Assembly (NCBI GenBank): GCA_947169935.1 | Contig: CAMVRS010000060.1 | Span: forward strand, 1-21,582 | Direction: 5' to 3' | DNA length: 21,582 nucleotides | From: an uncultured Lachnospiraceae bacterium | GTDB taxonomy: Bacteria > Bacillota > Clostridia > Lachnospirales > Lachnospiraceae | Shown: positions 1 through 9,523 of the stretch, piece after piece | Position numbering within the stretch: position 1 is the first letter of the stretch | How the letters are laid out: each line of letters opens with the position of its first letter | Notes under the pieces: generated by a model | The model's input: the letters and a program-made list of their open reading frames with translations, nothing else | What the model was told of the DNA's origin: nothing | Database searches by the model: none | Position numbers and translations under genes: made by a program

Positions 1-235
1 GGGAATGCTGATGGATGATTGACATCATTAGCAGGACCATTATGCCGCTTAAAGCAACGAAGTCCACCCAGCATGTGCTGCATACGAAGCCGAAAAGGCT
101 GCCGGCAATGCAGGCTCTCTGCACCCAAATTAACAGATACAGTGTTTCGGCAATCAGTTCGCAGACTTTCACGAACATGCCAAAGGCTGTATCAGCCTTA
201 GTATCGCCAATTTCTTTTGTTAACAATTTTCTCAT
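1..235 (-). CDS. hypothetical protein, N-terminal part only (ORF runs off the left edge)
   Basis: Absent from the supplied track because there is no stop in the window. Minus-strand ATG at 235-233, with GGAGG (complement of 243-247) 7 nt upstream. The frame stays open for all 78 codons to position 1 (MRKLLTKEIGDTKADTAFGMFVKVCELIAETLYLLIWVQRACIAGSLFGFVCSTCWVDFVALSGIMVLLMM...). The C-terminal half is hydrophobic, suggesting membrane segments. The plus-strand ORFs 15..239 and 19..201 lack an SD and look like shadow frames. Confidence 0.45.
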   Translation of the reverse strand, partial: MRKLLTKEIGDTKADTAFGMFVKVCELIAETLYLLIWVQRACIAGSLFGFVCSTCWVDFVALSGIMVLLMMSIIHQHS

Positions 236-341
236 ATAGAATCCTCCTCTTGTTAGATTAGTTATTAAACATAAATATAGGAGAAAGCATTATGCGATAA
301 AAAAAATAATGCACTTTTATCTACATACAAAAATGAATGTT

Positions 342-370
342 TTACCGATAAGCAGCCATTATGCTATAAT
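342..370 (+). promoter_or_regulatory. candidate sigma-70 type promoter for the 394..1158 gene
   Basis: TTACCG (342-347), 17 nt spacer, then an extended -10 TGcTATAAT (362-370). The start codon lies 24 nt downstream. Motif match only. Confidence 0.4.
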
Positions 371-393
371 TGCCACATAAAAGGAGGAAATAC

Positions 394-1158
394 ATGGGGA
401 TTTTGATAGGTATATGCATATTTACAGCCCTTATATTGCTGATAAATGTCGTTCTTTCGTTTAAATTCAGGGGTAAAACCTTCCCTGAGTGCGACAATGG
501 TTACAAAAAAGACGCCAAAAGACGGGAACAGCTTCACTCCTTCGTATACGGACTGGATGATAATAACAGGAAAGTCAAAATACCGGCGTCGGAAGCCATT
601 GCTTATTGGCAGGAACAATATATGGAAGTATATGATAACCTGCTTAAGGAGTGTGACCGGGCCAAAGGAAAGCATGTACGCGGAAGGCTCCCGGTTGATG
701 ATATAAAACCGTTGTTCGAATCCATGAAAAAATATCATGAAGTTATCACGGATATTTTATGTATAGAGGGGGGGCAGTTAAAAGAGATAGAAGGTTTCCC
801 TTCCGGAGAGGAGTGCTTTATAATATCTGACGACAACGATTATATTTTCAGGCTGTATAATGCATGGTACCGCTGCCGAAAAGCGCTTAAACGTGATGCC
901 AAAGAATATGCTTTCCACACGCACCATGATCCTGTCTTTTCGGTCAATCCTTATGGATTATATAAGAAATTTACCGATCTGGAGCGGTTAATGCTGGAAA
1001 AGGGATGGGATCCCGCTATCGTTTATGCCCTTAATAAGCTCACATATCCTTTTATCAGACATATAAGGGAGCCGTTTCCTATCGTGGATAAGAATATCAC
1101 GCTTGAGGGTGCACGGATCACAGGCATGTCCGGGCCGGTTCCGGATCCCAGAAAATGA
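394..1158 (+). CDS. hypothetical membrane-anchored protein (254 aa)
   Basis: Track ORF 370..1158. I prefer the ATG at 394 (MGILIGICIFTALILLINVV...) because AAGGAGG at 381-387 sits 6 nt upstream. One N-terminal hydrophobic helix followed by a soluble domain. No family recognised. Confidence 0.7.
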   Translation: MGILIGICIFTALILLINVVLSFKFRGKTFPECDNGYKKDAKRREQLHSFVYGLDDNNRKVKIPASEAIAYWQEQYMEVYDNLLKECDRAKGKHVRGRLPVDDIKPLFESMKKYHEVITDILCIEGGQLKEIEGFPSGEECFIISDDNDYIFRLYNAWYRCRKALKRDAKEYAFHTHHDPVFSVNPYGLYKKFTDLERLMLEKGWDPAIVYALNKLTYPFIRHIREPFPIVDKNITLEGARITGMSGPVPDPRK

Positions 1159-1181
1159 AAAAGGGCCCGTGGGCCCATTTT
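1152..1181. terminator. bidirectional intrinsic terminator between convergent genes
   Basis: GC hairpin GGGCC-CGTG-GGCCC (1163-1176), flanked by an A-run (1158-1162) and a T-run (1178-1182). It fills the 23-nt gap between the stop at 1156-1158 (+) and the stop at 1182-1184 (-). Confidence 0.6.
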
Positions 1182-3302
1182 TCATGTTCGGTCGCCGTCA
1201 TCTTTTTGTTTATTTTCAATGCTTTTGACTTTACTCTGTATCTGCAGGTTTTTCTGTATACTGCCAAGCTTTTCATCCAAAGTCATGCTTTCTATCCCGG
1301 CTCCGGCTCTTGCTCCGGCTCTGTTCTTGTTGATGATAGAATTATCCTTTCCGGCGATGCTTGCCATCACCTCTCTTTCAAGGGTTTCCGTGATCCTTTG
1401 GGCTGTAATGGAGCTCGCAAACATAGGTATAAATTCTTCAATACGGAGATTCGTTGATTTTCCGTTTTCTATGACAGTGACATTATCCCCGGGAGATATC
1501 ATGGCCGTTGAATGCACCAGAGCGTTATTCTTATAATAGTCCATATCTACAAAGAATATATTGCTGTTTTTTCTACAGACTACATGGAGAGCATCAATGA
1601 GATTTTTAGTCTCTTTTACAAACAGTTCCTTATGTTTTGATAAAGAGGACTCATATCTCTCCATAGCTATCTGGACGGCTATGTTCCTTCGATTATGCTC
1701 GGAGCCTTTTATACCCCTTGCCTCATCCCATTTAACGAGTTCAGCTGCTTTTGCCTGAATGCTTATGAGCTTGTCCTGCTCGGGAAGCTGTTCATTTACA
1801 CGGTTCATATACTGTAATACCGCGTCAACAAACTGCCCTCTGGTGGTCAAAGCCTTGCTGAGATCCGTCTTTTTCATCTCATCATATACGGCAAGATCTT
1901 TCTGAGGTATATTTTCCTTCTTATTAAAGAGCAGTTTGGCAATATCCTTAATGCTGCGGGCTTTTAACTCGGTAACAAGTTTCTTATCATTATTGTTCAG
2001 ACGTGCCTTAATGGTAGAATCTTCGTTCTGTATGGTCACCTCCGGTTCTATTCTTAAGCCGGCGGCTGCCATCTGATGTACGGCTTCGGGCATGTTGCAG
2101 ATAGACTGAGCCAGGTTATTTATATCCTGGGTCGCAAAGGAAGTGTCGCGGACGGGAGATATGTACAGATCAGTCTGTGCTACCGGATTGCCGTCAACCA
2201 GAACGTCATATTTATATGTGAAACCTTCACGCAGCTGCGGATTGCTCATCAGCTGGTCTTTTTCCATCATCTTCTGTTCGAATTTGGTGGAAATATTCTG
2301 CGCCAGACGGGCTGCGGCAGTATCAAGGGTTTCCTTTACGACGTCCCTGTCGCCCTGGAACAGATACTTTAAGTTTTCCATCTCATCAAAAGTATGGATC
2401 TCACAATGACCGTCGGGAAACGCAAAATTTATCATCACCCTGTTGGTATAATCTCCTGTAAAGAGTTCCCTTAACTGTTTTGTCCCGTCAGCAGCGCCAA
2501 AGTATGCATTTTCAATGCTGTCTAATGCCTGGGGAGTCAAGTTGCAGAGCTTCTTTTCCTTGCTCCATGCAGCCAAAAATGCCGTATTGGGGACTATCTG
2601 GTCATTTCCGTCTGCATCTTTAGTCAATTCGGGGAGCTTAATCAGGTCACGGTATTTATTGTCTATTTCAACAGATAATCTGTCATATTCCGCCCTGCTA
2701 TGGGCTTTAGAAGCCAAAACCTCCGGGCTTTCATATCCGCGGCGGATAAATCCGGGTACGGAATTGTTTTGCATCTGTTCAGTAATAACATTGAAGGTCT
2801 TATGGCTATCTATCTTATCCGGCTGTGAATGCTGTTCGGCTGCCATTTTATGGAAGGCATTGGCAATGCTACTTCTTGTAATGGAAAGATTTATGGAACC
2901 GATAGCCTCATACTCATTATTAAGGTGTGCTTCCTGGTTCTGGAAGAAGGTAAAGTCAGAACTGCCCTCTTTTATCCCGCCAAGGTCATACTTAAGGGTA
3001 TCCCTCTGGAATATCCTTGCGCTTATATTACCGGTCTCGTCACAGATAAGGTTTAAGTCATTGGTCTGGGCGTATTCGCCTTTTTCCGTAATAGGGATAT
3101 GAATGTCTAAAGTGGGTTTTTCCCCGGCTTCCATCTGGACGTTTCTTATGTCGGCCATATCTGCGCATAATCCGCGTATAGCCTCAGGGATAGTCTTATA
3201 CTGCTCGGAAGCAAGCTTGTCCTGCATCATATAGCCTAAAAGCTTCATGTCATCTTCGCTTCTTCCTGCAGGCATGACATTCATTGTATTCAGATCTGCC
3301 AT
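1182..3302 (-). CDS. large hypothetical protein (706 aa), last gene of a 4-gene operon
   Basis: Track ORF 1182..3317. I prefer the ATG at 3302 (MADLNTMNV...) because GGAGGAA (complement of 3310-3316) sits 7 nt upstream. The long uninterrupted frame has only short shadow ORFs opposite. No Walker A, DExH or other catalytic motif recognised. Confidence 0.75.
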   Translation of the reverse strand: MADLNTMNVMPAGRSEDDMKLLGYMMQDKLASEQYKTIPEAIRGLCADMADIRNVQMEAGEKPTLDIHIPITEKGEYAQTNDLNLICDETGNISARIFQRDTLKYDLGGIKEGSSDFTFFQNQEAHLNNEYEAIGSINLSITRSSIANAFHKMAAEQHSQPDKIDSHKTFNVITEQMQNNSVPGFIRRGYESPEVLASKAHSRAEYDRLSVEIDNKYRDLIKLPELTKDADGNDQIVPNTAFLAAWSKEKKLCNLTPQALDSIENAYFGAADGTKQLRELFTGDYTNRVMINFAFPDGHCEIHTFDEMENLKYLFQGDRDVVKETLDTAAARLAQNISTKFEQKMMEKDQLMSNPQLREGFTYKYDVLVDGNPVAQTDLYISPVRDTSFATQDINNLAQSICNMPEAVHQMAAAGLRIEPEVTIQNEDSTIKARLNNNDKKLVTELKARSIKDIAKLLFNKKENIPQKDLAVYDEMKKTDLSKALTTRGQFVDAVLQYMNRVNEQLPEQDKLISIQAKAAELVKWDEARGIKGSEHNRRNIAVQIAMERYESSLSKHKELFVKETKNLIDALHVVCRKNSNIFFVDMDYYKNNALVHSTAMISPGDNVTVIENGKSTNLRIEEFIPMFASSITAQRITETLEREVMASIAGKDNSIINKNRAGARAGAGIESMTLDEKLGSIQKNLQIQSKVKSIENKQKDDGDRT

Positions 3303-3386
3303 TTTCCATTCCTCCATATACTATTATGGCCACATCAGCCATTTCTGCTTTATAATATATATGATTTATCGATACGATAAAATTAT

Positions 3387-5192
3387 TTAATGGTTCAGAT
3401 AATATTGAACAGCCTGGTAATCCCTTACCTTTTCGTTTTCAAGAGCTTCTTTTGTATCCATGTATCTACCCGTACTATCCATGGAATAGTTATAGGTAAG
3501 TACCGGAAATTCATGGGCAGCCTCCAGCCTTACCCTATCGTATTGAGTCAAACCAAGGCCACAATTAGCTTTAACGTAGGCCGAAAGGTAGTTTACGCTT
3601 AGATCCTCCGGAATATCCCAATCCATCTCATAATTTGACCATATTATATAAGGTACGCTATATTGCGCTGCCCTTTTTTCGTATTCGTCATCTGTCCTTG
3701 ATACAGTAAATATATTGTAAAAAATCGGGGGCTGATGGTCGCCAAACATGATAACGACTGTTTTTTTATCACTTTTTGAGAGTTCATCGGTCAATTTCTC
3801 AAATGCTGTATCACTTTCTCTTATAAGGTTTAAGTATTGTTCCTCTTGTCCGTCATTGTTGTCTACGAAATCTATTGCCGTGTCATATTCGGTCATATAT
3901 CCGGCATGATTCTGGATCGTAACCAGAAAGACAAAGTTTTTTCCCTGCTTTTCCCGCAGATACTGTTCTGTAATATCATAACATGTTTCGTCGCTGATAA
4001 AATCCCTTATGTATCTGTATTTATCCCCAAATCTTGCTACAAAACCAAAGAAAAGCTTCTGGTTTACGTCGCTTCGGTTTATATTATCCTCCCCGGAAGC
4101 TTTAGCCAGATCCTCTCCGGAGATGAAATCCTTAAAGCCAAGGGCATCATACACTATGTCCCTTTTATAGCCGGTGCGGAAATAGGGGTGAATAGCGGTA
4201 TTGTTCCAGCCGGGCAGATCTTTAATGATAGATGATGTATCAGTAAGATCGTGCTGCAGATACGGGATAGTGTTCATTGGCATAAACGACAAAGAGTTGC
4301 CTGTAAGAAATTCATATTCGGTATTGCATGTATTTCCTCCAAATATATTGACATGAAGCCTGCCTTTTACGCAGTTCTTATCCAGAGAATGGATAAAGGG
4401 CAGCGGATCTTCATTATAAGTAATGTCATAGGACAGGGAATAGTCCGTCAGTGCTTCGTTCATTATCACTATTATATTGTCAGGCTGTAGGTCGGGGTCT
4501 TCCGGCATATCTTCGGTAGATAAAAGATACCATCTTGTGGCATTTTCATCATAGTTCTTCGGCGGATTGATCTTGCTCTGACGGTATTCAGAATACCAGG
4601 CAAAAAAGTATCCGTTTGTAAATATGAAATCTCCCTCATCAAAAATGGGAACTTCTACATACACGATATCCGTCAAAAATAAAAGTGCATATACATGAAT
4701 AGAGGCAAACAAAGATATAAGGGCAGCTTTTATCCTTAACGGTTTTTCTTTTTTGGGATCATATCCTAAATCCTTCAAAAACATAAACAAAACGACCGTC
4801 AGGAAGATATCTATTGCCAGGTGGATAAAGATAGGCAGATTTATATAAGAAGAGTAATGAGCTGCAACATTTAAGGCGTCTTTGATACTGTATATATCCA
4901 TAAAGGATATGGGACGTCCTCTTGAGGAGTTTACAAACTCATTTATGTAGTAAATGCAGAATAAAAGCGAGACCAGAATAACACTCCCCACTTTATAGGA
5001 AGTAAATAAAAAGATAAGTGCTATGACCGGAAGGATCAGAAATATGTTAAATATTGTCGGAATTCCGGTATTTACTGCAAGGATTATAAAGATATAAGCC
5101 ATTACGATAACGAATGGCTTATGTCCGTTTATCCATTTACTGATGCGTGAAGGTTCTTTTGTCTTGTTATCTTGCTTTGTTGTTCGGGTCAA
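3387..5192 (-). CDS. LTA synthase / sulfatase (alkaline-phosphatase superfamily) family membrane protein
   Basis: The N-terminal ~170 aa contain several hydrophobic helices. The C-terminal domain carries LtaS-type sulfatase motifs: IIVIMNEALTD, FGGNTCNTEYEFLTGNS (catalytic Thr region), HPYF, TIQNHAGY, VVIMFGDHQPP. The track start at 5192 is a TTG that overlaps the upstream gene by 26 nt. The first ATG is at 5102, so the start is uncertain. Confidence 0.85.
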   Translation of the reverse strand: MTRTTKQDNKTKEPSRISKWINGHKPFVIVMAYIFIILAVNTGIPTIFNIFLILPVIALIFLFTSYKVGSVILVSLLFCIYYINEFVNSSRGRPISFMDIYSIKDALNVAAHYSSYINLPIFIHLAIDIFLTVVLFMFLKDLGYDPKKEKPLRIKAALISLFASIHVYALLFLTDIVYVEVPIFDEGDFIFTNGYFFAWYSEYRQSKINPPKNYDENATRWYLLSTEDMPEDPDLQPDNIIVIMNEALTDYSLSYDITYNEDPLPFIHSLDKNCVKGRLHVNIFGGNTCNTEYEFLTGNSLSFMPMNTIPYLQHDLTDTSSIIKDLPGWNNTAIHPYFRTGYKRDIVYDALGFKDFISGEDLAKASGEDNINRSDVNQKLFFGFVARFGDKYRYIRDFISDETCYDITEQYLREKQGKNFVFLVTIQNHAGYMTEYDTAIDFVDNNDGQEEQYLNLIRESDTAFEKLTDELSKSDKKTVVIMFGDHQPPIFYNIFTVSRTDDEYEKRAAQYSVPYIIWSNYEMDWDIPEDLSVNYLSAYVKANCGLGLTQYDRVRLEAAHEFPVLTYNYSMDSTGRYMDTKEALENEKVRDYQAVQYYLNH

Positions 5193-7875
5193 TTATCTTA
5201 TCTTCTTTCTTATGTGCCGGCGCTGTCTTATTCTTTACGTTCTGCAGGACATCATTTATATCTATCATCTCCTGCTTTTCCACTGTCTGAACCATAGCCT
5301 GACGGAACGGGGAAAATATCTGGGCTTCCACGGCAAGAGCTATGACGTCCATAGCCATCTCTTTAGTAATGTTCCTTGCCGGCAGAGCAACAAACTTGCC
5401 ATCTTTCTGCTCATATTCTATAAGAATAGGCTTATTTATCTTGCCTTTGGGGAAGATCAGGTCTTTCTTTGCGGCGATCTCTCCGTCTTTTCTTGCCTCA
5501 ACTGCCAGGGATACATTATCCTTTATGGTATGTGCAAGATTCTCGTATGTTGCGTAAACCGCACCAAGGGCATCTTTTACTTCCTGGTTCCCTGATGCCA
5601 CAAAGAATGCCAGCTCTTCGGGGTTAGCAAAAAGCTTTTCCCCCGAATTCTCCGTTACAAGGTTGAATTTCTTATCTCCATTTATAAGATTGGCAGCCAT
5701 AGCTTTCTCTGCTATGACATTTGCTCCCTTATATGAGGCGATCGAAAGCTTGTTGGCTAAGATATTAAGCTCATTTGCCTTATACTCCTCAAACTGGGCT
5801 ATGGCGCTGTTGCGTATGCTGCTTATGGCATTATGGATAGCCATATTGGCATCCTTTATCATGGTCATTGACAAAGGAGAGAGCATGCCTACTGCGGAGA
5901 CGGCTTCTTTGGACTTACCGGGAGTAAGCAGATTTTTCTGGAAATTCTTAACAGCTTCGCCTATGGTTCCCTTAAAGAAGTTCTTAATCTTATCGACTAT
6001 GGTAGTCTTACTTGTTCCCTGACATATCTCCGTCGTAAGGGTAACATGAGGCTTTAAGTGGCAGGCCACGAACAGTTCGGTAAGATTTTCGGCTTCCTTT
6101 GTATCCGGATTGATAAAGTCAAAATCGCGTCCTTTTGTGGTGCTCTTTACGATCTTTATAGTCCATTCCTGTCCGGAATCTTTAATAGTCACTATATGCC
6201 CAAGATGCTCATTTAATATCTCATAGACATCAAACATGCCGATAACCGATACACTTCCGGTAGAGTTCTCTACGTCCATGGAGTCACGCATAAGTGCCTT
6301 TACGGTCTCCAGCACCTCCTCTTTACGTGCCCTTTCTCCGGCTGCCGAAAGAGAGAGCGCTGATTCGATCATGTTGTTCTGCTCCTGGGCAGGTGCATAG
6401 GGGCATACATAGATCTTCATAGGTGAACCCAAAACCTTGCTTTTCGATCCCTGATCCAGAACACAGAAGACCTCTGTAAACAAGCCGCGGTACTGGTCAC
6501 TTTCTGCCAGAGCCCTGAGCTGGTTGTCACGGTTTCCTTTAAGCGTCTCCATGTCCGCCCAATAAGTATCGGAGGAGTTCATGGCTATAGCTGTCACGCC
6601 AAGACCGTGCTTGTTCGTCATCTCGCGTTCACGCTCTATGTATTCTTTCTGCTGACGTTTCCGCTTATCTACAGCTATATTGTAGCGCTCAAGTATCTCA
6701 CTGACTGCCGCATTGAACTTCTCGACATGTGCGTCGGCTTTTGGGTCATACCCGGGGACAATAAATCCTTCGGGTCCTACGATACAGTCATAAGAGGAGC
6801 GCTCCAGAATGTATCCTTTTGGAGTCATCATACCGTATGGATCCTGCAGCACGAAATCGACGTATCTGCCATTATGGGAACGGGCAGCTACATCATTAAG
6901 CTTCTGCCTTAACTCCTGATCCATCTGGGCCATGGCATTTATTGCCTGGTTCTTTTCCTTGTGATTTTCCTTTGCGACAGGAGTATTGGCAAGGTTGTTG
7001 TACTGTTCTACGTTAGAGTTTATGGCTGCTATAAGGTACTCCACCTCATCACGCAGGCTCCTCTGCAGGAATATGGCATCCCTTATCGCGTTGGTGTACT
7101 CTGTCAGATCCCTTTCGCCAAATGCGATAAAGTTCTTATCCATCTTCTCAAGGGGAGATGCGTCATCTGTCTTGCTCATAATCGGGGCAACGCTGAAAAC
7201 AACCTGCCCTTTTCTGTTAAGGCTGGTCTTGCCGACATGGTCTATGAGCATGTTCTTTTCAGAGGATACATCACTGTCAAACGCGCCTTTATCACCCTTT
7301 ACCCTTAAGCCTTCGGCATACCCGCCATCAGAGCTTACGGCTACGACACCGTTCTGGTTGACCAATGGCATGAATATGTTGGCATTTTCAGGGATAACCC
7401 CGGCTACCAGGGCGTCCTGTACCTCTATGGAGATAGCCTTCGTCAGATCCGAAACGGGCTTATTCTGGGAGGGGATCATCTTAAGGCGGGCTTCAAGTAT
7501 ATTCTTGCCGTGAGCCATGGACGCACCTATGGATATACCGCCGTTATCCTCTATAAAACCTACCAGCTCATCTTCCTTAAGTTCACCAACTTCACGGTCA
7601 TTTAAGTTATAGACGCGGTATATGATGACAAAAGCCTTCTGCTCTTCGTTATATTCCACACATACGTTGATATGAGAAGGAGCCTGGGAAGGAGTCTCAT
7701 ATTTGGTGATATCGGTATTTAAGGCTATGGGGAAGACATATTCGGTCTTACTGTCCCTTAAGTCTTCTGCCGCCTGGATAAACGCTCTTACCGCAGCGCC
7801 GGAGTCTTTCGTCCGCAGAGCTTTGATAAGCGCTTCCTGCTTCTTATCCTGATTTCCAAATCCTAAAAAGCCCAT
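5167..7875 (-). CDS. very large hypothetical protein (902 aa)
   Basis: ATG at 7875 with GGGAGGA about 11 nt upstream. The 2.7 kb open frame is interrupted only by short antisense shadow ORFs. No canonical P-loop: GKT and GKS occur, but without the upstream Gly of GxxxxGK[ST]. No DExH or HD motif. No family recognised. Confidence 0.8.
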   Translation of the reverse strand: MGFLGFGNQDKKQEALIKALRTKDSGAAVRAFIQAAEDLRDSKTEYVFPIALNTDITKYETPSQAPSHINVCVEYNEEQKAFVIIYRVYNLNDREVGELKEDELVGFIEDNGGISIGASMAHGKNILEARLKMIPSQNKPVSDLTKAISIEVQDALVAGVIPENANIFMPLVNQNGVVAVSSDGGYAEGLRVKGDKGAFDSDVSSEKNMLIDHVGKTSLNRKGQVVFSVAPIMSKTDDASPLEKMDKNFIAFGERDLTEYTNAIRDAIFLQRSLRDEVEYLIAAINSNVEQYNNLANTPVAKENHKEKNQAINAMAQMDQELRQKLNDVAARSHNGRYVDFVLQDPYGMMTPKGYILERSSYDCIVGPEGFIVPGYDPKADAHVEKFNAAVSEILERYNIAVDKRKRQQKEYIEREREMTNKHGLGVTAIAMNSSDTYWADMETLKGNRDNQLRALAESDQYRGLFTEVFCVLDQGSKSKVLGSPMKIYVCPYAPAQEQNNMIESALSLSAAGERARKEEVLETVKALMRDSMDVENSTGSVSVIGMFDVYEILNEHLGHIVTIKDSGQEWTIKIVKSTTKGRDFDFINPDTKEAENLTELFVACHLKPHVTLTTEICQGTSKTTIVDKIKNFFKGTIGEAVKNFQKNLLTPGKSKEAVSAVGMLSPLSMTMIKDANMAIHNAISSIRNSAIAQFEEYKANELNILANKLSIASYKGANVIAEKAMAANLINGDKKFNLVTENSGEKLFANPEELAFFVASGNQEVKDALGAVYATYENLAHTIKDNVSLAVEARKDGEIAAKKDLIFPKGKINKPILIEYEQKDGKFVALPARNITKEMAMDVIALAVEAQIFSPFRQAMVQTVEKQEMIDINDVLQNVKNKTAPAHKKEDKIIDPNNKAR

Positions 7876-7908
7876 TTTTTTCTATTCCTCCCATGGAATT
7901 TTTATACT

Positions 7909-8505
7909 TTACTGCATATATACGGTCTTACCGCTTATTATTGAGGGTATATTGCTGATAGCTACCCTCAATGACGCCATCTTTAATATATTTCGCGGAT
8001 CGATCCGGTAGCTCTTAAGGAGCATATGCTCAAATCCGTTAAAGACCTTCCGGTCAAACAGGCCTTCCGTGCAAAAATCATAATCCTTAAAATGTCCTAC
8101 CCTTACTATCCGTCCATACCATCTGGTACGGCATCTGCAGGTCTTTCTTACCAGATAGGCTACCCTGTACATGGTCATGACCATATATGAGTCGTCCCTT
8201 ATGATATAGGTAAAGGTTTCTCTCTCCTTATCCAGGATTTCCTCTGTAAGAGATAGGTATTCCCGCAGGGTTGAGCGGAAATTTGTCATATCCTTTTCAG
8301 AAGCCTGCTTAAACAGCTTTTTCTTGTCTAATATGATAAGGCATGCTGCCGAAAGCCTCGCTGATGATAGCATATAGTCGTTAGTATATCTCTCTATCAG
8401 CTTTGACCGCTTTGCCAGCTTTACGCTTCCCGCCGGCATGGATACGGCTGCTTCCGGCTCAAGGATCTTGCCGTTTTTGTCTATAAAAATGCTTGATGAA
8501 AGCAT
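7909..8505 (-). CDS. hypothetical protein (198 aa), first gene of the operon
   Basis: Track ORF 7909..8559. I prefer the ATG at 8505 (MLSSSIFIDKNG...), which is preceded by GGAGGATAAA. Its stop lies 33 nt before the 902-aa gene start. Confidence 0.65.
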   Translation of the reverse strand: MLSSSIFIDKNGKILEPEAAVSMPAGSVKLAKRSKLIERYTNDYMLSSARLSAACLIILDKKKLFKQASEKDMTNFRSTLREYLSLTEEILDKERETFTYIIRDDSYMVMTMYRVAYLVRKTCRCRTRWYGRIVRVGHFKDYDFCTEGLFDRKVFNGFEHMLLKSYRIDPRNILKMASLRVAISNIPSIISGKTVYMQ

Positions 8506-8718
8506 TTTATCCTCCAAAAGTCTGTTTACCATAACATAGCAGATTACGTATACCGCCAAAAATATGCTACGCTATGCCGGACCGGGCATAAAATCGTATC
8601 TTACATATATAATTTAGCAGATTTTTTCAAAAATCACGAAAAAAAGATAAAATACCATAAATGGATGAAAATCCATAAATAAACATAATCTCCTCATCTT
8701 AAAATGAGCAAAGCATAC

Positions 8719-8756
8719 AAAAAGCTCTCAGTTCAGATGTCTGAGAGCTTTTTTTG
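8719..8756. terminator. intrinsic terminator downstream of 8809..9513 (bidirectional shape)
   Basis: Perfect 9-bp stem AGCTCTCAG (8723-8731) / CTGAGAGCT (8741-8749) with a 9-nt loop, an A-run on the left and a T-run (8749-8756) on the right. Confidence 0.65.
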
Positions 8757-8808
8757 ATTACTAAAATATTAAGCTTTCTGGTTTGCCGTGTCCGGTATCA
8801 GCAGAGTA

Positions 8809-9513
8809 TTAAGCTAAAGCTTTTTCATAAGATTTTACAGCTTTTTCCCATATAGATACGGTACTCTTAATGTTCAATCTACCATCATACCACCGGTCAG
8901 CCTGCATGGGGGATGCAATCCCAGCAATATCCTTTGACATCTGTTCCGGGAGCTCCTTAAGTCCACAGGTTTTTAAAAAAACATTGATATCCTTTGTCTC
9001 TATAAGTTTAGATACCATTTCTATCATTTCTTCACAGGAGATGTTTTTTTCGATCTCTGCATTTTCAAAAACAAAATCTTCACCGGGATAATCAACTATT
9101 TCGTCAGATATTTCACTAACCAGACAATCTATAAAACAGCCAAGGTCAAAGTATATATACAGATCATCGTCATACATATAGTTGTCACCCTGATCCCAAT
9201 AAAATATTGCCGGAGAAGGAAAACAATCTCTTTGGCGGATATTGATATGTCCGTCACCATGAAATTCGATAGGATCCATGTGGATGCCAAAATCCATTCG
9301 GTAATATACCGACCCATCCTCATCTTCATCTTTTTCTCCTGCTTCTATGGATCGGGGAGTATGTAAGGTGAAAAATCCGGGGGCATTGTCATGGACTTCG
9401 GTGTTCTCAATACCTTCCTCAAAATCCCTGACAGTCATACCGCACAGGCTTGCACATAACTGTATTACAGCATCTTCAAGTTCCTTTCTTCTTTCAGCAC
9501 TTAATTTATCCAT
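8809..9513 (-). CDS. strongly acidic hypothetical protein (234 aa)
   Basis: ATG at 9513 preceded by AGGAGGAAGCAG. The protein is rich in D/E runs (EKDEDEDG, YMYDDDLY, EISDEIVDYPGEDF). No family recognised. Confidence 0.75.
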   Translation of the reverse strand: MDKLSAERRKELEDAVIQLCASLCGMTVRDFEEGIENTEVHDNAPGFFTLHTPRSIEAGEKDEDEDGSVYYRMDFGIHMDPIEFHGDGHINIRQRDCFPSPAIFYWDQGDNYMYDDDLYIYFDLGCFIDCLVSEISDEIVDYPGEDFVFENAEIEKNISCEEMIEMVSKLIETKDINVFLKTCGLKELPEQMSKDIAGIASPMQADRWYDGRLNIKSTVSIWEKAVKSYEKALA

Positions 9514-9523
9514 CTGCTTCCTC

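Noticed and set aside
15-239. Plus-strand ORFs 15..239 and 19..201
   Set aside because: No SD and odd composition. The opposite strand has an SD-preceded ATG at 235 and stays open to the window edge, so these are most likely shadow frames.
1163-1176. GCCCGTGGG shared between this hairpin and the IscB LE hairpin (possible solo IS end or MITE)
   Set aside because: Only a 9-nt match. The loop and stem differ (no CAAG loop). Its position between convergent stops with flanking A/T runs fits an ordinary bidirectional terminator.
2515-3102. Long antisense ORFs within the big minus-strand genes (for example 2515..3102, 6986..7513, 6961..7308, 5143..5595, 3837..4235, 20664..21068, 19831..20376, 18701..19063)
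   Set aside because: All are nested opposite much longer ORFs that have SD sites and recognisable domains or coherent operon structure. They lack SDs and have Leu/Ser/Phe/Cys-rich shadow-frame composition.
5102-5192. 26-nt overlap between the 902-aa gene and the TTG start of the LtaS-family gene, as a possible programmed overlap
   Set aside because: The TTG at 5192 is simply the first permitted start in the track and has only a weak purine-rich upstream region. The ATG at 5102 is an equally plausible start, so the overlap may not exist.
5167-7875. Whether the 902-aa or 706-aa protein could be a divergent Cas3 or another helicase-nuclease
   Set aside because: No GxxxxGK[ST] Walker A: GKT at ...DHVGKTS and GKS at ...TPGKSK lack the upstream glycine and the right context. 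There are no DExH/DEAD boxes and no HD motif pattern. This cannot be excluded without profile searches, but nothing in the sequence supports it.
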